A DNA stretch of 64,000 bases from an uncultured Clostridia bacterium (GCA_944380415.1 CALWHN010000001.1:1201-65200), one strand, 5' to 3'. Counted from the stretch's first letter, positions 41,001 to 51,578 are shown. Made by a program: numbers and translations. The notes: generated by a model not told the origin, from the sequence alone.

Positions 41001-44000
41001 TCTACAAAATGATTGACACAAATTTTGCATACTACTACAAAGTTGTTGGAACAATTGATGTAAGCAGTATAGATTGGGCGTATGGCCAATATGTTCTAAC
41101 AGGGGTGATAACAAGCGACAACGGCGCAACGTTATCTGGCTTTGAGATTGACAGCTTTACGCAGGAAGGAAATTCATATTATTCTGGAATTTTTAAAGAA
41201 ATTTCAGGAATGATTGAAAATGTTTCATTCGAAACGAGAATAAACCTTGATTTTACTGGAAGCTCCCAGGCAACAGACCAATCTTCCGGATATATTGGCG
41301 CGCTTGCGGCAATTAACAACGGAACAATTAAAGATGTCTATGTAAAGATTGATGGAGGGCAAGTTAGAGCCTCCGGTTCGCTATACCTTAATTTTGGCGG
41401 CCTGGTTGGCCAAAACAATGGGACAATCATAACAGAGATTACTTCCGATTCAATTTTTACAAATCTTGTCAGTTATGAGAATAAATTGGCCTTTGATTTA
41501 GACACAAATTCAACATTCAGCCTGTATATTGGCGGAGCAGTTGGAGAAAATACAAACCGCGGAAGCATTGAAAGAACAATTGAAAGCGGGCTTGTTGAAT
41601 TTAACAATGGCTTTACAACCGCTGATGTAAACATAGAAATTTCAATTGTAAATTCAACAAATTCAACAGTTGCCGTTGGCGGAATTGTTGGTTACAACAG
41701 GGGAAGCGTTTTGAATGTTTCTGCAATTGGAACGCTTTCGGCATCAACTGCTGACAATGTTGGAGGAATTATCGGGAACAACAGCGGAACGCTAAGCGGC
41801 GGGAAAACCCAGGTTTATGTCCTTGGAAGCGAGAATGTTGGCGGAGCTGTTGGCTACAACAGTGGGACAATAACTTCTGTTAAAGTTGAAAACATTTATC
41901 TAGCTGGGCATGAGATAACATTGATTTCAGGCATGAACAACGTTGGTGGAATTGTTGGAAACATGGCCGGCGGAAGCTTAACCTCTTCGTCATTTATCTC
42001 CTATTACACAACTTCACAATCAACAGGTTTTGACCTTGTTGGGACGACAAACTTTGGAAGAATTGTTGGAGCATATGCAAGCGGAACAATTGATTTCGTT
42101 GTTTCAATTGCAAACATTGGCGCAACAGATTCAACGTTTACTTCTAACAACTATGCAATTTATGACAGAGGGGAGGAAACTGGAACTGTTTACGTTGGCG
42201 GAACGGAAGCCTCTCTCAGCCCAACCGAGCTAAAAGAAACTGAGGGCTTTAGTTTCATTTTCCTTCCAACGGGAGAAATTTCAATTGACATTTCAGATGA
42301 CGAGGAAGATTGGAAGGGAATTGGCGGAAAGCTTGAAGGAGAAACGGAGGAGGGCTTCTACTTATATTACTATTCCTCTTCAGATGAAGAAGTTATGGAC
42401 ATCGTTGGCCTAAATTCCGTCTTGCTTTCAGGAATTTTAACAAGCGTTTTGGGCGAAAATTACATGGTCGAATCATTAAATACATCAATTTTAACCATTG
42501 AAAGCGGGAATTTAATTGTTAGAGGCGTTGGTGACGCACAAATTAAAATTACATCGCCATACGTTGCAGGCCAAGAACTAATTTTATATGTAAAAATTGT
42601 CAACTACGCAAACAATGTTCAAGGATATTTGGATCAAAGCAAGAATACGGGAATTGGAAACAATTTAACCTTTGACGCAACAGATCCAACAACGCTTTAC
42701 TTTGATTTCCTAGACAAATTTAACATCGACGGCTTTGCAACGCCATATGATGTAAACCTTCTCTTTATTGCTAAACATGGTGGATATACATGGCTTATAA
42801 CAACGGATGGTGTTATCTATTCAACTGGCGGCGAAGCTCCATTTAGCATCATCAAAAACAGCTACAATAACTATCAACTTGTTCCAAATGGAGTTGAATA
42901 TCAAGGGCTTTCAGTTTCAATTGTTCCATATTTCTCTTATACAGTTAATGGAAATATATTATATTCGTTTGTTTCTGGCGAAAATGTTGAGTCGTATGTT
43001 AATTTTTCAGATTACATTGGCGAAAGACTTGAAAGAAACCCTCTTTTGAGCGTAAACAGCCAAATTCAATTCAATTTAGAGCTGGAAAATCAAACAAAAA
43101 GCATAAATCTTTCTAAAAACTCAATTGAAACAGAGCCATATTATGTTGTTGATGTTGACTTTGTTTTAAACACAACAAAAACAGATGAAATTATTACAAT
43201 AAGCGTCTTTGACTTGAATGGGGACTTGGTTTCCAACCAGGTTGGGCTTTCAACCAGCGCAACAGGGGCGTTTAACTATAGCGGAAGAATTACAATTGAA
43301 AATGTAATGTCTGAGACAATTTACTTTAGAATGAACGATTCTGCTCGTCAGTTTGAAACGACAAAGCAATTTAGAATTGAGTTTAGAAGTTCAAACGGAA
43401 GAACCGCATATTTAACCTTGACCTATCAACCTCAAGAAGTTCTTTCCGTTTCAACAGAACTTTTCCCTCTTCAATCAATTGAAGATGAGCCATACAACTT
43501 CAATGGTGCATTCTCATATATTCCAAGCGGAATTCTAATTCCTGGGCAAAATTCTCTCATTGAATTTAAAATTACGCCAAGTTTCACCTATTTTGAAACA
43601 GTTGAAGTTTTAAATGTTCAAACAAATCAATATAACCTTGTTTTTGACCTCTATGACAGAACAACTGGTGCAATTGTTGGCGGAACAACGATTGATGGAG
43701 GAATTTCAATTTCAAGAGATGAAATTGAAAACGGTTTCTTCAGCTTGAGAACTTTTGCAGATCAAAGACTTGAGGACAATTCATATGTTGGAATAATCTT
43801 AATTTTCAAAGACTCCAACGGAAATCAAATTGGCCAAAGCTATTTGAAAGAGTTCTATGTTGAACACCTTCCTGGCGTTGTTTTAACGGTTGACGGGATT
43901 TCAAGCGGAAACGATGAAAACAATCCGCACAAACTTGCAGAGGGCGTAAGCTATGAGCTTGGAGTTTCAGTTAAGGGATATTCCTTTGGGACATTCAGCG

Positions 44001-47000
44001 GAGGAAACGGCCTCTACACAGACGGCCAAATTGTCTTTGAGCTTTCTGGGAACACAAGTTTAATCTCTATTGTAAAAAATTCAGATGGAACATATGTTCT
44101 TCAAGTTAATGACAATGTCTTAACAGATGGCGCTTCAAGAACGGTTGCAATCAAATCCTATGGAATAAATGCAAGAGGAGAGAGGAGCCGAGAGGTTACG
44201 CTCTATCTTGAAATTGTCAAGTTTGTTGTCAAAGCGCCAAGTGATTCAGGAGACATTATAAGCGGAGTTGTCGACGACATTTATGCATCGGCAACAGGAA
44301 ATTCCTATACGCTTGAAATTTCATTAAATTCAGACATATTAATTTATAACAGGAATAATTCCGAAACAAGACAGGCCGTTTTGAACTTTTTATCTTCGCT
44401 TTCAACTGGAGTTATAGGCAATGATACAAAAACAGACGTTTGGGCTCTTAAAGAAGTTGGCGAAACCTCGAATTGGATTTACATTAACGAAACTGCCCAG
44501 GGCTTTGTTTCGGACACAGGCTTTAACATAAAATATACAACTGCGCAGAACGTCTTTGAAGTTTATTACAATACAGAAACTCACAAAGTTGTAATCAAAT
44601 TTTTAAGAACGGAAACTTCTGCTGCGCCAACATTGCAAATTAGATTTGCGGCCTTCTTTACATACAATAATAATGGAGTTCCAGTTTTGACAACGCAAAG
44701 TGATACACAAAACAAATTCTATTTGGAACAAACAATATCATTTGACATCTCTGAAAGAACAGAGCTTAGAAATCCATTCCCAATCTATACCTATGAGCAG
44801 CTTTTGGATATGAGAGAAGGGAACTATTACATTTTGATGAACGACATAACGCTTCCAGAGGACTTTACGCCAATTCAAACTCAAATTGGAGGATTGGACG
44901 GAAATAATTACAGAATTTATGTAAATAGCATAAGTTTGATGGCTCAGGAAGATCAAACAAGCCTTAACTTTGGACTTTTTGCGTCAACTTCATCAGATTG
45001 TTTGCTTAAAAACATAATTCTCTATGTCAATGGAAACATTGAAATTTCAACTTACAACTATTCAACGGTTGTCTATGGACTTCTGGTTGCAGAAAACCAT
45101 GGAAAAATTACAAATTGCGCCGTTGAAGGGCCAAACCTTGCGATGATCAATTTAAACCTCTTTGGCCCAAGCTCAGCAACTGTTTCAAACCAGGTTGGAG
45201 GGCTTGTTGGAAGCAACTATGGAGATATTTCAAACAGCCGAATGGAAGTTGGAATTTCAATCAACAGTATTCAAACAACTGTAACCGGTTATATGGCGGC
45301 AAACCTTGGTGGCCTTGTTGCAATCAACCAAGGAACGGGCTCAATTTCCTCAAGCTATGTTAAGGCGAGAATTGAAAACAACTCAGCAGGAAGTTCAAGC
45401 GCAATAACTGGCGGCTTTGTTGCCCAGAACCACATGGGAGGAAGAATCTTTGCCTGCTATATAATGGGAGACTCAACAGATGTTTTCCAGACCCAAACTG
45501 AAATTGACAGCGCAATTAACAAGGTTTATTCCGCCTCAGGAAGGGCAGGAGGTTTTGTCTTCTATAACAACGGAACAATTTCAAACAGCTTTTCAAATGT
45601 TCCAATTGTTGCAGTTGAAGGCGCCGCAGGCTTTGTTTATCAAAATGATACAGAGGGCAACATTTCTTATTGCTATTCAAGCTCTGCCCTTGAAAACAGT
45701 GCAAGAAACGGCTCCTTTGTTGGCGTTGTTCCAGGAACAAGCCAAGAAGAAGGTTCAATTTTAAACAGCGGAACTATGGAGGAATGTTATTCGTGGGGCG
45801 AGGGGAGCGACAACAGCGATCCAGAGGCTTCCAACGTTGGCCTTGGAAGCAATGATGGAGTTTCGGGGTTATTCTTAATTTCAAGTGGAGAATTCCAATC
45901 CTCTTTTGAAAAATATGCGTTCACGAACAGCGCAGATCAAACCCAAGCTGTTTGGTTCTGGGCTTCTGCAAATGGGGATGCGGATTTCATCAAAGACGGA
46001 GGACTTTTGAGATTCCCAACAGAAATTCCTCAACTTGTCTCCCCAAACATAATAGCCGCTGGCCACAAAACTCTTCTTCGAACAGAATACAATGAGGAGA
46101 CCGAAACGACAATATACTATTACAGCGATGATCCAAATTATCAGGAGGGTTCGCAATATAACCCATATATCATTTCAAACCAGGAAGACATTGAGTTCTT
46201 GGTTTCAAGTCAATCTGGCTTCACAAATGGAAATTTGATTACTTGCGCCTACAGCAGGTTGATTGGCGACATTATCTATGAGAGTTCAACAATTTCAAGC
46301 AGCCTCTATCAATATTCTTTCGTTGGCAACTTGGAAGGAAACGGATATGTAATAGGAAACTATGTTTTAGATAGCTCAAGTCAGATGACAAACGCCGGCT
46401 TCTTTGCAACAATTGGAACTGCGTCAAACAACGGCGGCAGCGTTAAGAACATTACTTTCGCGCCAAGATATATCAGCCTTACAAACGGCAATGCTGTTGG
46501 CGCGGTTGCTGGAGCAATTTACGGAGGAACGTTGGTTAACATAATTGTTGACGGTCAAACATATGCTTCGGAAATTGACGGCGTAACAATTCTTGGAAAG
46601 AATGCAGTTGGTGGAGTTGTTGGCCTTGCCGAAGGGCAGTTTGTTATTAAAAACGTTGAGGCAAACATCTCTGTTAACTCAACCTATCGTGCAAGCCTTA
46701 ATAACCACAATGTCATGGAGTATGAACGGGCTCCGCTCTCTCAGGTTTCCTATGCGGGCTTAATTGCCGGGGTTTTAAACGGCTATGGGACAATTACATA
46801 TGCAGAGGCCTATGGCGACAATGTTTCCGTTGGCGAAAACGCAGCATTGCTGTTTGGTTATGTTGGAAGAAACGTTGTTGCAAGTAATTTAACAGCAACT
46901 GGTTCTTTAAATCAATTCATTAAGGCCGATGTCTATGGCGGAGTTATTGCCGCAAGAAACCTCGGAACGCTTTCAGATATTGTTGTAAATGGAGACACAA

Positions 47001-47695
47001 GCGCAAGTTACACGGGCTTCTTTGCATATGACAACTTCGTTCCGCTTGCAATTGGAAACATCGTTGGTTACATGACAAATGGAACAATTAGCAATGCAAC
47101 TGTTTCAACAAGGCTAAGAGCGCAATCTGGCGTTGAATCTCTTGGCGGAGCAGTTGGACTTATGAGCGCTGGAAGGTTGGAAGACATCATAGTTGTTGGA
47201 GACATAACCGGAGGCTATAAAATTGGCGGGCTTGTTGGCCAGGTTAGAGATGCAACCGGGAACACAATTAGAATTGAAAATAGCTTCCATGGAGGAATGT
47301 TGACCTCAAATTCTTCCTCGGACATTGTTGCCGTTGGAAAGATAATTGGCTTTGTTTCAAACTATGGAAAGGAGGGGACTACAACGACAATTGCTTCTGG
47401 TGATGATGAAAGCGATCTTGGGAACTCAACAATTGGAATTATATTTACCAGTAAATTCAGCGCAGAATATACAAACCTAATTGACAGCGGTGTTTACGAC
47501 ATGTCTGTCAGAGTTACGACATACTCATCCGCAAGCAGAACGGAAATTTGGGTTGGGGCAATTGTTGTTGAAAACGCAGGAACTTTTGCAAAAGAAGAAT
47601 TAAACTATGATGTAATCTACTCGCCGTCAATCTCAGTTGAGAATATTTATGCGCCGCTTAGCGGGAGTTATTATTTGAACGGAAATATTGTTTAA
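37940..47695 (+). CDS. Giant surface lipoprotein 2 (3251 aa), a paralogous architecture with GLUG-type repeat modules
   Basis: Starts 17 nt after giant gene 1 (AAGGAAAACGAAC then ATG). The signal peptide MKKKIFSLVLLILVAVCGGVFVAC has a lipobox. An Ig-like strand is present (RATVTITATSSGTAEVYV). GLUG-type runs occur (NVGGIIGNNSGTLSGG, NVGGAVGYNSGTITSV, NVGGIVGNMAGGSL), and module-start motifs are shared with gene 1 (YYILMNDITLPEDFTPI...LDGNNYRI). Confidence 0.85.
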   Translation: MKKKIFSLVLLILVAVCGGVFVACGVSGDNASISLVSGLDRLSSAETLSSISNELFLTETESGNLSSGTGYDGSVSSTNALTLVVGSETNASRQVTVDLSGFPDGTTATFSSDAKNISISEVSYSGSRATVTITATSSGTAEVYVQSGQFGKTTSFVVKAVEKLESFSVKTGATIYLERGKTLEINPESYLNFYPSAALKDVLFYDGDVLLTSDGKTVLSTEAGEGVTGVISESKEIVVRSTRLSGSASVQTISVVVVENLSSLSLNKMVYEKTGAGYQKTYQSLENGGILTVIRNVSNGDINYGVREIFVVVDCFEENLSISASTNLEGANVLIVPTAIEQITQEDYRDSQYSSLVDTSREEFSTWVFKFEIKYEGYSSYQITFNFQAEGYQYFESLSVNAEFRSASNVVELIRAGSEEQEDVYTIYDSYVGQSGTRFVISTNQSDEFSRANLSLIFGSDSVSNFVLYDMVGNIKQNDNGEYSFSSGENFFVRAVTGSARTEPYVITAKISYTFENVDFVVEREISLLSVNAPNDIMLSDGKGSLESYNFDLNTSGQIVSGINQTENYSQRNTLTLYVSGLVGAALIGDITDFAITNTSGILQATKEGNTIVLTALSTGSGEITVTIGNGVSKVFRFNIVSSVGEASAFIPSSDQNQNIIALLTNYESAGNVYDQYAIVKNSSSIPLILDYVGNIDSISVVSADGNTTYLNGLLTFVNTFDKQEITVSITFDYIGSNGEIEERTVLIQRILFTSIIEVEAFDLSTDKGSNTFNLYDYSTVGYYSSSLATAYVTLNILPSEIQLDILQNVQWETNIEGASVVREDDQIRIVSSAFEFTFYLSGANAGTGVFVCNVTDESLYDQNGNFVPGRIILSASYSRAGEGDDEAGVFFQTLQIGVRRARRVEVIDASQSSINLDPYTSSVKINVEAFPINATNLRLNYVFIPNSGTISADTVEITYSDNEATITLKKFDVAGNATLRIIAYDSYTTAGSFTTYLDIPINIANGSEQNPYVISTASDIYKMIDTNFAYYYKVVGTIDVSSIDWAYGQYVLTGVITSDNGATLSGFEIDSFTQEGNSYYSGIFKEISGMIENVSFETRINLDFTGSSQATDQSSGYIGALAAINNGTIKDVYVKIDGGQVRASGSLYLNFGGLVGQNNGTIITEITSDSIFTNLVSYENKLAFDLDTNSTFSLYIGGAVGENTNRGSIERTIESGLVEFNNGFTTADVNIEISIVNSTNSTVAVGGIVGYNRGSVLNVSAIGTLSASTADNVGGIIGNNSGTLSGGKTQVYVLGSENVGGAVGYNSGTITSVKVENIYLAGHEITLISGMNNVGGIVGNMAGGSLTSSSFISYYTTSQSTGFDLVGTTNFGRIVGAYASGTIDFVVSIANIGATDSTFTSNNYAIYDRGEETGTVYVGGTEASLSPTELKETEGFSFIFLPTGEISIDISDDEEDWKGIGGKLEGETEEGFYLYYYSSSDEEVMDIVGLNSVLLSGILTSVLGENYMVESLNTSILTIESGNLIVRGVGDAQIKITSPYVAGQELILYVKIVNYANNVQGYLDQSKNTGIGNNLTFDATDPTTLYFDFLDKFNIDGFATPYDVNLLFIAKHGGYTWLITTDGVIYSTGGEAPFSIIKNSYNNYQLVPNGVEYQGLSVSIVPYFSYTVNGNILYSFVSGENVESYVNFSDYIGERLERNPLLSVNSQIQFNLELENQTKSINLSKNSIETEPYYVVDVDFVLNTTKTDEIITISVFDLNGDLVSNQVGLSTSATGAFNYSGRITIENVMSETIYFRMNDSARQFETTKQFRIEFRSSNGRTAYLTLTYQPQEVLSVSTELFPLQSIEDEPYNFNGAFSYIPSGILIPGQNSLIEFKITPSFTYFETVEVLNVQTNQYNLVFDLYDRTTGAIVGGTTIDGGISISRDEIENGFFSLRTFADQRLEDNSYVGIILIFKDSNGNQIGQSYLKEFYVEHLPGVVLTVDGISSGNDENNPHKLAEGVSYELGVSVKGYSFGTFSGGNGLYTDGQIVFELSGNTSLISIVKNSDGTYVLQVNDNVLTDGASRTVAIKSYGINARGERSREVTLYLEIVKFVVKAPSDSGDIISGVVDDIYASATGNSYTLEISLNSDILIYNRNNSETRQAVLNFLSSLSTGVIGNDTKTDVWALKEVGETSNWIYINETAQGFVSDTGFNIKYTTAQNVFEVYYNTETHKVVIKFLRTETSAAPTLQIRFAAFFTYNNNGVPVLTTQSDTQNKFYLEQTISFDISERTELRNPFPIYTYEQLLDMREGNYYILMNDITLPEDFTPIQTQIGGLDGNNYRIYVNSISLMAQEDQTSLNFGLFASTSSDCLLKNIILYVNGNIEISTYNYSTVVYGLLVAENHGKITNCAVEGPNLAMINLNLFGPSSATVSNQVGGLVGSNYGDISNSRMEVGISINSIQTTVTGYMAANLGGLVAINQGTGSISSSYVKARIENNSAGSSSAITGGFVAQNHMGGRIFACYIMGDSTDVFQTQTEIDSAINKVYSASGRAGGFVFYNNGTISNSFSNVPIVAVEGAAGFVYQNDTEGNISYCYSSSALENSARNGSFVGVVPGTSQEEGSILNSGTMEECYSWGEGSDNSDPEASNVGLGSNDGVSGLFLISSGEFQSSFEKYAFTNSADQTQAVWFWASANGDADFIKDGGLLRFPTEIPQLVSPNIIAAGHKTLLRTEYNEETETTIYYYSDDPNYQEGSQYNPYIISNQEDIEFLVSSQSGFTNGNLITCAYSRLIGDIIYESSTISSSLYQYSFVGNLEGNGYVIGNYVLDSSSQMTNAGFFATIGTASNNGGSVKNITFAPRYISLTNGNAVGAVAGAIYGGTLVNIIVDGQTYASEIDGVTILGKNAVGGVVGLAEGQFVIKNVEANISVNSTYRASLNNHNVMEYERAPLSQVSYAGLIAGVLNGYGTITYAEAYGDNVSVGENAALLFGYVGRNVVASNLTATGSLNQFIKADVYGGVIAARNLGTLSDIVVNGDTSASYTGFFAYDNFVPLAIGNIVGYMTNGTISNATVSTRLRAQSGVESLGGAVGLMSAGRLEDIIVVGDITGGYKIGGLVGQVRDATGNTIRIENSFHGGMLTSNSSSDIVAVGKIIGFVSNYGKEGTTTTIASGDDESDLGNSTIGIIFTSKFSAEYTNLIDSGVYDMSVRVTTYSSASRTEIWVGAIVVENAGTFAKEELNYDVIYSPSISVENIYAPLSGSYYLNGNIV

Positions 47696-47709
47696 ATAAA
47701 CTAAAAATT

Positions 47710-47739
47710 GAAGGCGGAGGATATCCTGCCTTCTTTTTT
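47710..47739 (+). terminator. Rho-independent terminator after giant gene 2
   Basis: The hairpin gaaggcgg...cctgccttc (about 8 bp, GC-rich) is followed by TTTTTT. It lies 15 nt after the stop. Confidence 0.75.
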
Positions 47740-47758
47740 GAAAATTTGTTAAAAACTG

Positions 47759-47787
47759 TTGACATAATTGAAAAATCATGGTAAAAT
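47759..47787 (+). promoter_or_regulatory. SigA-type promoter for rpoBC
   Basis: TTGACA, a 17-nt spacer, then TGgTAAAAT (extended -10). The leader to the rpoB ATG is about 110 nt. Confidence 0.65.
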
Positions 47788-47851
47788 CCTACTCTGTATA
47801 GGCTAAAGTGGACAAATTTTGGGCATTTTTTAGTTTTTAATAAGTTTTTTA

Positions 47852-47886
47852 GGCAAAAAACAGCTTTTTTTGCCACTCTTTTTTTT
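47852..47886 (+). promoter_or_regulatory. Leader hairpin plus T8 run (attenuator-like) in the rpoB 5' UTR
   Basis: ggcaaaaaa-cagct-ttttttgcc forms a 9-bp, mostly A-U stem. After 4 nt comes TTTTTTTT, and AAGGAGA and the ATG follow immediately. Confidence 0.3.
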
Positions 47887-47903
47887 GCTGTTAAGGAGAA
47901 ATT

Positions 47904-50900
47904 ATGGTAGAAACAATGGTTAAAAAAATCAAATGTGGGAAAACGGAGCGCTATTCTTTTGGAAAACTTGAAGAAGTTTGTCCAACTCCAAATCTCTTGG
48001 AAATTCAAAGGGACACATATCGAAAGTTTTTGGAGCAGGGAATTGACGAAGTTCTAACAGAATTTTCGCCAGTTGTTGATTACAGCGGAAAGGGAAAATT
48101 GTATTTTCTCTCTTCTTCAATCGACGAAACACCAAAAGTTTCAAGAGACGAATGCAAGAGACGGGGAATTTCTTACACTGCGCCATTAAAAGTTAAAGCA
48201 AGGTTTGTAACAGAAGAAAACCAAGCTGGCGTTGAGCAAGAAGTTTTCATGGGGGACATTCCTCTTATGACGGAAGAAGGCTCGTTCATCTTTAACGGAA
48301 TTGAAAGAGTTGTTGTCTCTCAAATCGTTCGTTCTCCAAGCGTATATTTCTCTAAAGAGACGGCAGACAATGTTCAAACAATTAAAGGCCAAATGATTCC
48401 AACAAGAGGAATGTGGCTTGAATTTGAGCAAGCAGCTAACGATATTTTAAAAGTTGTTATCGACAGGGGAAGCAAAGTTACCCTTGGCGTATTTTTAAAG
48501 TGCTTCGGCTACACAAATGAGGAAATTTTGAACCTTTTTGGAAACAATAGATACATTAAAACAGTTTTGGAAAAGGAACCTCAAACAACCCAAGAGGAAG
48601 CTTTAATTGAATTTAGCAGAAAAACAAGGCCAACCGAAGTTCCTTCTGCTGAAAGCACAAGAAGTTATTTAAACCTTTTCTTCTTCTCAGATCAATATTA
48701 CAACCTTGGAAGAGTTGGAAGGTATAAATTTAACAAAAAACTTTCAATTGCAACAAGAATTTCAAACCAAATTTCTGCTGATAACATTGCAATTGAAGAC
48801 GAGGTTGTTGTTAAGGCTGGGGAAGTTATTAAACCAGAAGTTGCAAGGCAAATTCAAGATGCGGGAATTAACGAAGTTTGGATTTTGCTTGGCGGAAATC
48901 GCCATTTAATTAGAGGAAACAACAGGGTTAAACTTTCAAAAGTTTTTCCATGCAATGAGGAAGAACTTGGAGTTTTGGAGGAAGTTTACTATCCAACCCT
49001 TATGCAAATTTTAAAAGATAACAAAACAAAAGAAAAACGCCTTAACGCAATTAAAGAAAACGCAAAGCAGCTTATGATAACAACGCTTACAATTGACGAT
49101 ATTTTAGCAAGCATAAGCTACTATTTAGATGTTTTGGCTGGAATTGGTGAGTTTGACAACATTGACCACCTTTCAAATAGAAGAATTCAATCTGTTGGCG
49201 AACTTATGAGAAACGCTTTCCGTTCTGGCGTTAACAAACTTTGTGCAAATATGAAGGAAAGCCTTCAAGGAAAGGATTTGGCAGAGGTTTCGCCAAGCCA
49301 AATTATCAATCCAAGACCAATTAACAAAGCTCTTAAAGATTTTGTTGCTTCTTCTCAGCTTTCTCAACTTATGGATCAAGCAAACCCACTTTCTTCACTT
49401 ACACAAAAGAGAAGGGTTTCTGCTGTTGGCCCAGGAGGAATTAAAAAGGAGAGGGCTAGCGACGAAGTTCGTGATATCCACTACACCCACTTTGGAAGAA
49501 TTTGTGTTATTGAAACGCCAGAAGGCCAAAGCATTGGTCTTATCAGCACTCTTGCTTCCTACGCAAAGATAAACGACTATGGTTTCTTGGAAACACCTTA
49601 TAGAAAAGTTGACAAGGAAACGGGAATTGTTTCCAAGGAAAGCGAATATAAAATGGCGGATATTGAGGATACATGTTACATTGCTCAATCAATTGAACCA
49701 TTGACAGAAGACGGAAGGTTCTTGAACGACAGAATTGTTTGCCGCTATAAAAACTCAATTGTTGAAGTTCCAAGAAAGATGGTTGACTATGTTGACGTTT
49801 CGCCAAGGCAGTTTATTTCTGCTGCAACGGCGTTAATTCCTTTCTTGAACAGCGACGACAGTATGCGTGCTCTTATGGGTGCAAACATGCAGAGGCAGGC
49901 AGTTCCTGTTCTAAGGCCAGAATCTCCAATTGTTGGAACTGGAATGGAGGCAAAGGTTGCATATGACTGCGGCGCTATGGTCATTGCAAAAAATGACGGC
50001 GTTGTTTCTTATGTAAGCTCTTCTGTTATTAAAGTTTTAACAAAAGATGGAGAGGAAGTTTACAACTTAATTAAGTTTAACAAAACAAACCAAGACACAT
50101 GCATCAACCAAAAACCAATTGTCAAACACGGCGAGAAAGTTAAGAAGGGCGACATTTTGGCAGATGGCTATTCAACTCAAAACGGAGAACTTGCCCTTGG
50201 AAAGAACGTTCTTGTTGGCTATATGAACTGGGAGGGCTACAACTACGAAGATGCTATCCTTGTTTCAGAAAGAATGGTTAAGGAAGATGTTTACACTTCA
50301 ATTACATTAAAAGCAGAAGAAATCAAGTGTAGAACAACAAAACTTGGCGATGAAGAAATTACAAGGGACATTCCAAACCTTGGCGAAGAAGCTCTTAAAA
50401 ACCTTGACGAAAACGGAATTGTTAGAATTGGAGCAGAGGTTGTTCCAGGAGATATTCTTGTTGGAAAGGTTACACCTAAGGGCGAAACTGAATTAACACC
50501 AGAAGAAAGGTTGCTTAGAGCAATCTTTGGCGAAAAGGCAAGAGAAGTTCGCGACACATCGCTTAGAGTTCAACACGGCCGCGGCGGCGTTGTTGTTGAC
50601 GTTCAAGTTTTCTCAAGGAAAAACAAAGACGAGCTTGAGCCAGGAGTTAACATGATGGTTAAAGTCTATGTTGCCCAAAGAAGAAAGCTTTCGGTTGGAG
50701 ATAAAATGGCGGGACGCCACGGAAACAAAGGCGTTGTTTCAAGAATTCTTCCTGAATGTGACATGCCATTTATGGCAAACGGCCAACCACTTGACATAGT
50801 TTTGAACCCGCTTGGAATTCCTTCTCGTATGAACGTTGGCCAGGTTTTGGAAACACACCTTGGTTTGGTTGCTCAAAGCCTTGGCTGGAAAGTTGCAACT

Positions 50901-51578
50901 CCGGTTTTTGATGGAGCAACAGCGGAAGACATTCAAAAACTTTTAGTTGAAAACAACTTCCCTGCAAACGGAAAAATTCAACTTTACGATGGAAGAACAG
51001 GCTATCCATTCGACAACCCAGCAACAGTTGGATATAAATATATGTTAAAGCTGGATCACATGGTTGACAGCAAGATGCACGCTCGTTCAATTGGGCCATA
51101 TTCTCTTGTTACTCAACAACCTCTTGGCGGAAAGGCAATGTTCGGAGGTCAGAGATTTGGTGAGATGGAAGTTTGGGCCCTTGAGGCTTATGGTGCATCA
51201 AATGTCCTTCAAGAAATTTTAACTGTCAAATCCGATGACGTTGTTGGAAGAGTTAAAACATATGAGGCAATTGTTAAAGGTCAACCAATTGCAGAGCCTG
51301 GAATTCCAGAATCGTTTAAGGTTTTGGTTAAAGAACTTCAAGCGCTTGGCTTGGATATCAAAATTTTAACTGAAAACGAGCAAGAAATTTCAATTGGCGA
51401 AATAACACAAGACGACATCTCGCCGCTTACAAAGGAAGTTGAGGACGAACTTAAAGAAATTAACATCGACTTTGACACTCCAGACGAAGCAACGAGCGAT
51501 CTCTTGAGCGAAATTGAAAAAGAAACAACAGCTTTTGATGCTGGCTCACTTTTGGAAGATATTGAAGATTTAGATTAA
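47904..51578 (+). CDS. rpoB: DNA-directed RNA polymerase subunit beta
   Basis: 1224-aa ORF. Contains [29 protein letters not shown] and [23 protein letters not shown] lies 4 nt upstream. Confidence 0.95.
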   Translation: MVETMVKKIKCGKTERYSFGKLEEVCPTPNLLEIQRDTYRKFLEQGIDEVLTEFSPVVDYSGKGKLYFLSSSIDETPKVSRDECKRRGISYTAPLKVKARFVTEENQAGVEQEVFMGDIPLMTEEGSFIFNGIERVVVSQIVRSPSVYFSKETADNVQTIKGQMIPTRGMWLEFEQAANDILKVVIDRGSKVTLGVFLKCFGYTNEEILNLFGNNRYIKTVLEKEPQTTQEEALIEFSRKTRPTEVPSAESTRSYLNLFFFSDQYYNLGRVGRYKFNKKLSIATRISNQISADNIAIEDEVVVKAGEVIKPEVARQIQDAGINEVWILLGGNRHLIRGNNRVKLSKVFPCNEEELGVLEEVYYPTLMQILKDNKTKEKRLNAIKENAKQLMITTLTIDDILASISYYLDVLAGIGEFDNIDHLSNRRIQSVGELMRNAFRSGVNKLCANMKESLQGKDLAEVSPSQIINPRPINKALKDFVASSQLSQLMDQANPLSSLTQKRRVSAVGPGGIKKERASDEVRDIHYTHFGRICVIETPEGQSIGLISTLASYAKINDYGFLETPYRKVDKETGIVSKESEYKMADIEDTCYIAQSIEPLTEDGRFLNDRIVCRYKNSIVEVPRKMVDYVDVSPRQFISAATALIPFLNSDDSMRALMGANMQRQAVPVLRPESPIVGTGMEAKVAYDCGAMVIAKNDGVVSYVSSSVIKVLTKDGEEVYNLIKFNKTNQDTCINQKPIVKHGEKVKKGDILADGYSTQNGELALGKNVLVGYMNWEGYNYEDAILVSERMVKEDVYTSITLKAEEIKCRTTKLGDEEITRDIPNLGEEALKNLDENGIVRIGAEVVPGDILVGKVTPKGETELTPEERLLRAIFGEKAREVRDTSLRVQHGRGGVVVDVQVFSRKNKDELEPGVNMMVKVYVAQRRKLSVGDKMAGRHGNKGVVSRILPECDMPFMANGQPLDIVLNPLGIPSRMNVGQVLETHLGLVAQSLGWKVATPVFDGATAEDIQKLLVENNFPANGKIQLYDGRTGYPFDNPATVGYKYMLKLDHMVDSKMHARSIGPYSLVTQQPLGGKAMFGGQRFGEMEVWALEAYGASNVLQEILTVKSDDVVGRVKTYEAIVKGQPIAEPGIPESFKVLVKELQALGLDIKILTENEQEISIGEITQDDISPLTKEVEDELKEINIDFDTPDEATSDLLSEIEKETTAFDAGSLLEDIEDLD

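Noticed and set aside
18558-47695. Numerous 60-190-aa antisense or off-frame ORFs inside the giant genes (for example 33038..33616, 31377..31787, 37277..37669, 34121..34369, 36206..36409).
   Set aside because: They are fully nested in two long ORFs with coherent repeat architecture. Their low-complexity P/S/T/V-rich translations are the expected mirror of GGN/GTT-rich codons, and they have no start signals.
47658-48008. ORF 47658..48008 (-), which spans the giant-gene terminator, the rpoB promoter and the rpoB start. Also ORF 58931..59392 (-), which is antisense to mutL.
   Set aside because: Both run across regulatory elements or antisense to highly conserved genes, and both have low-complexity translations. 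They are spurious.
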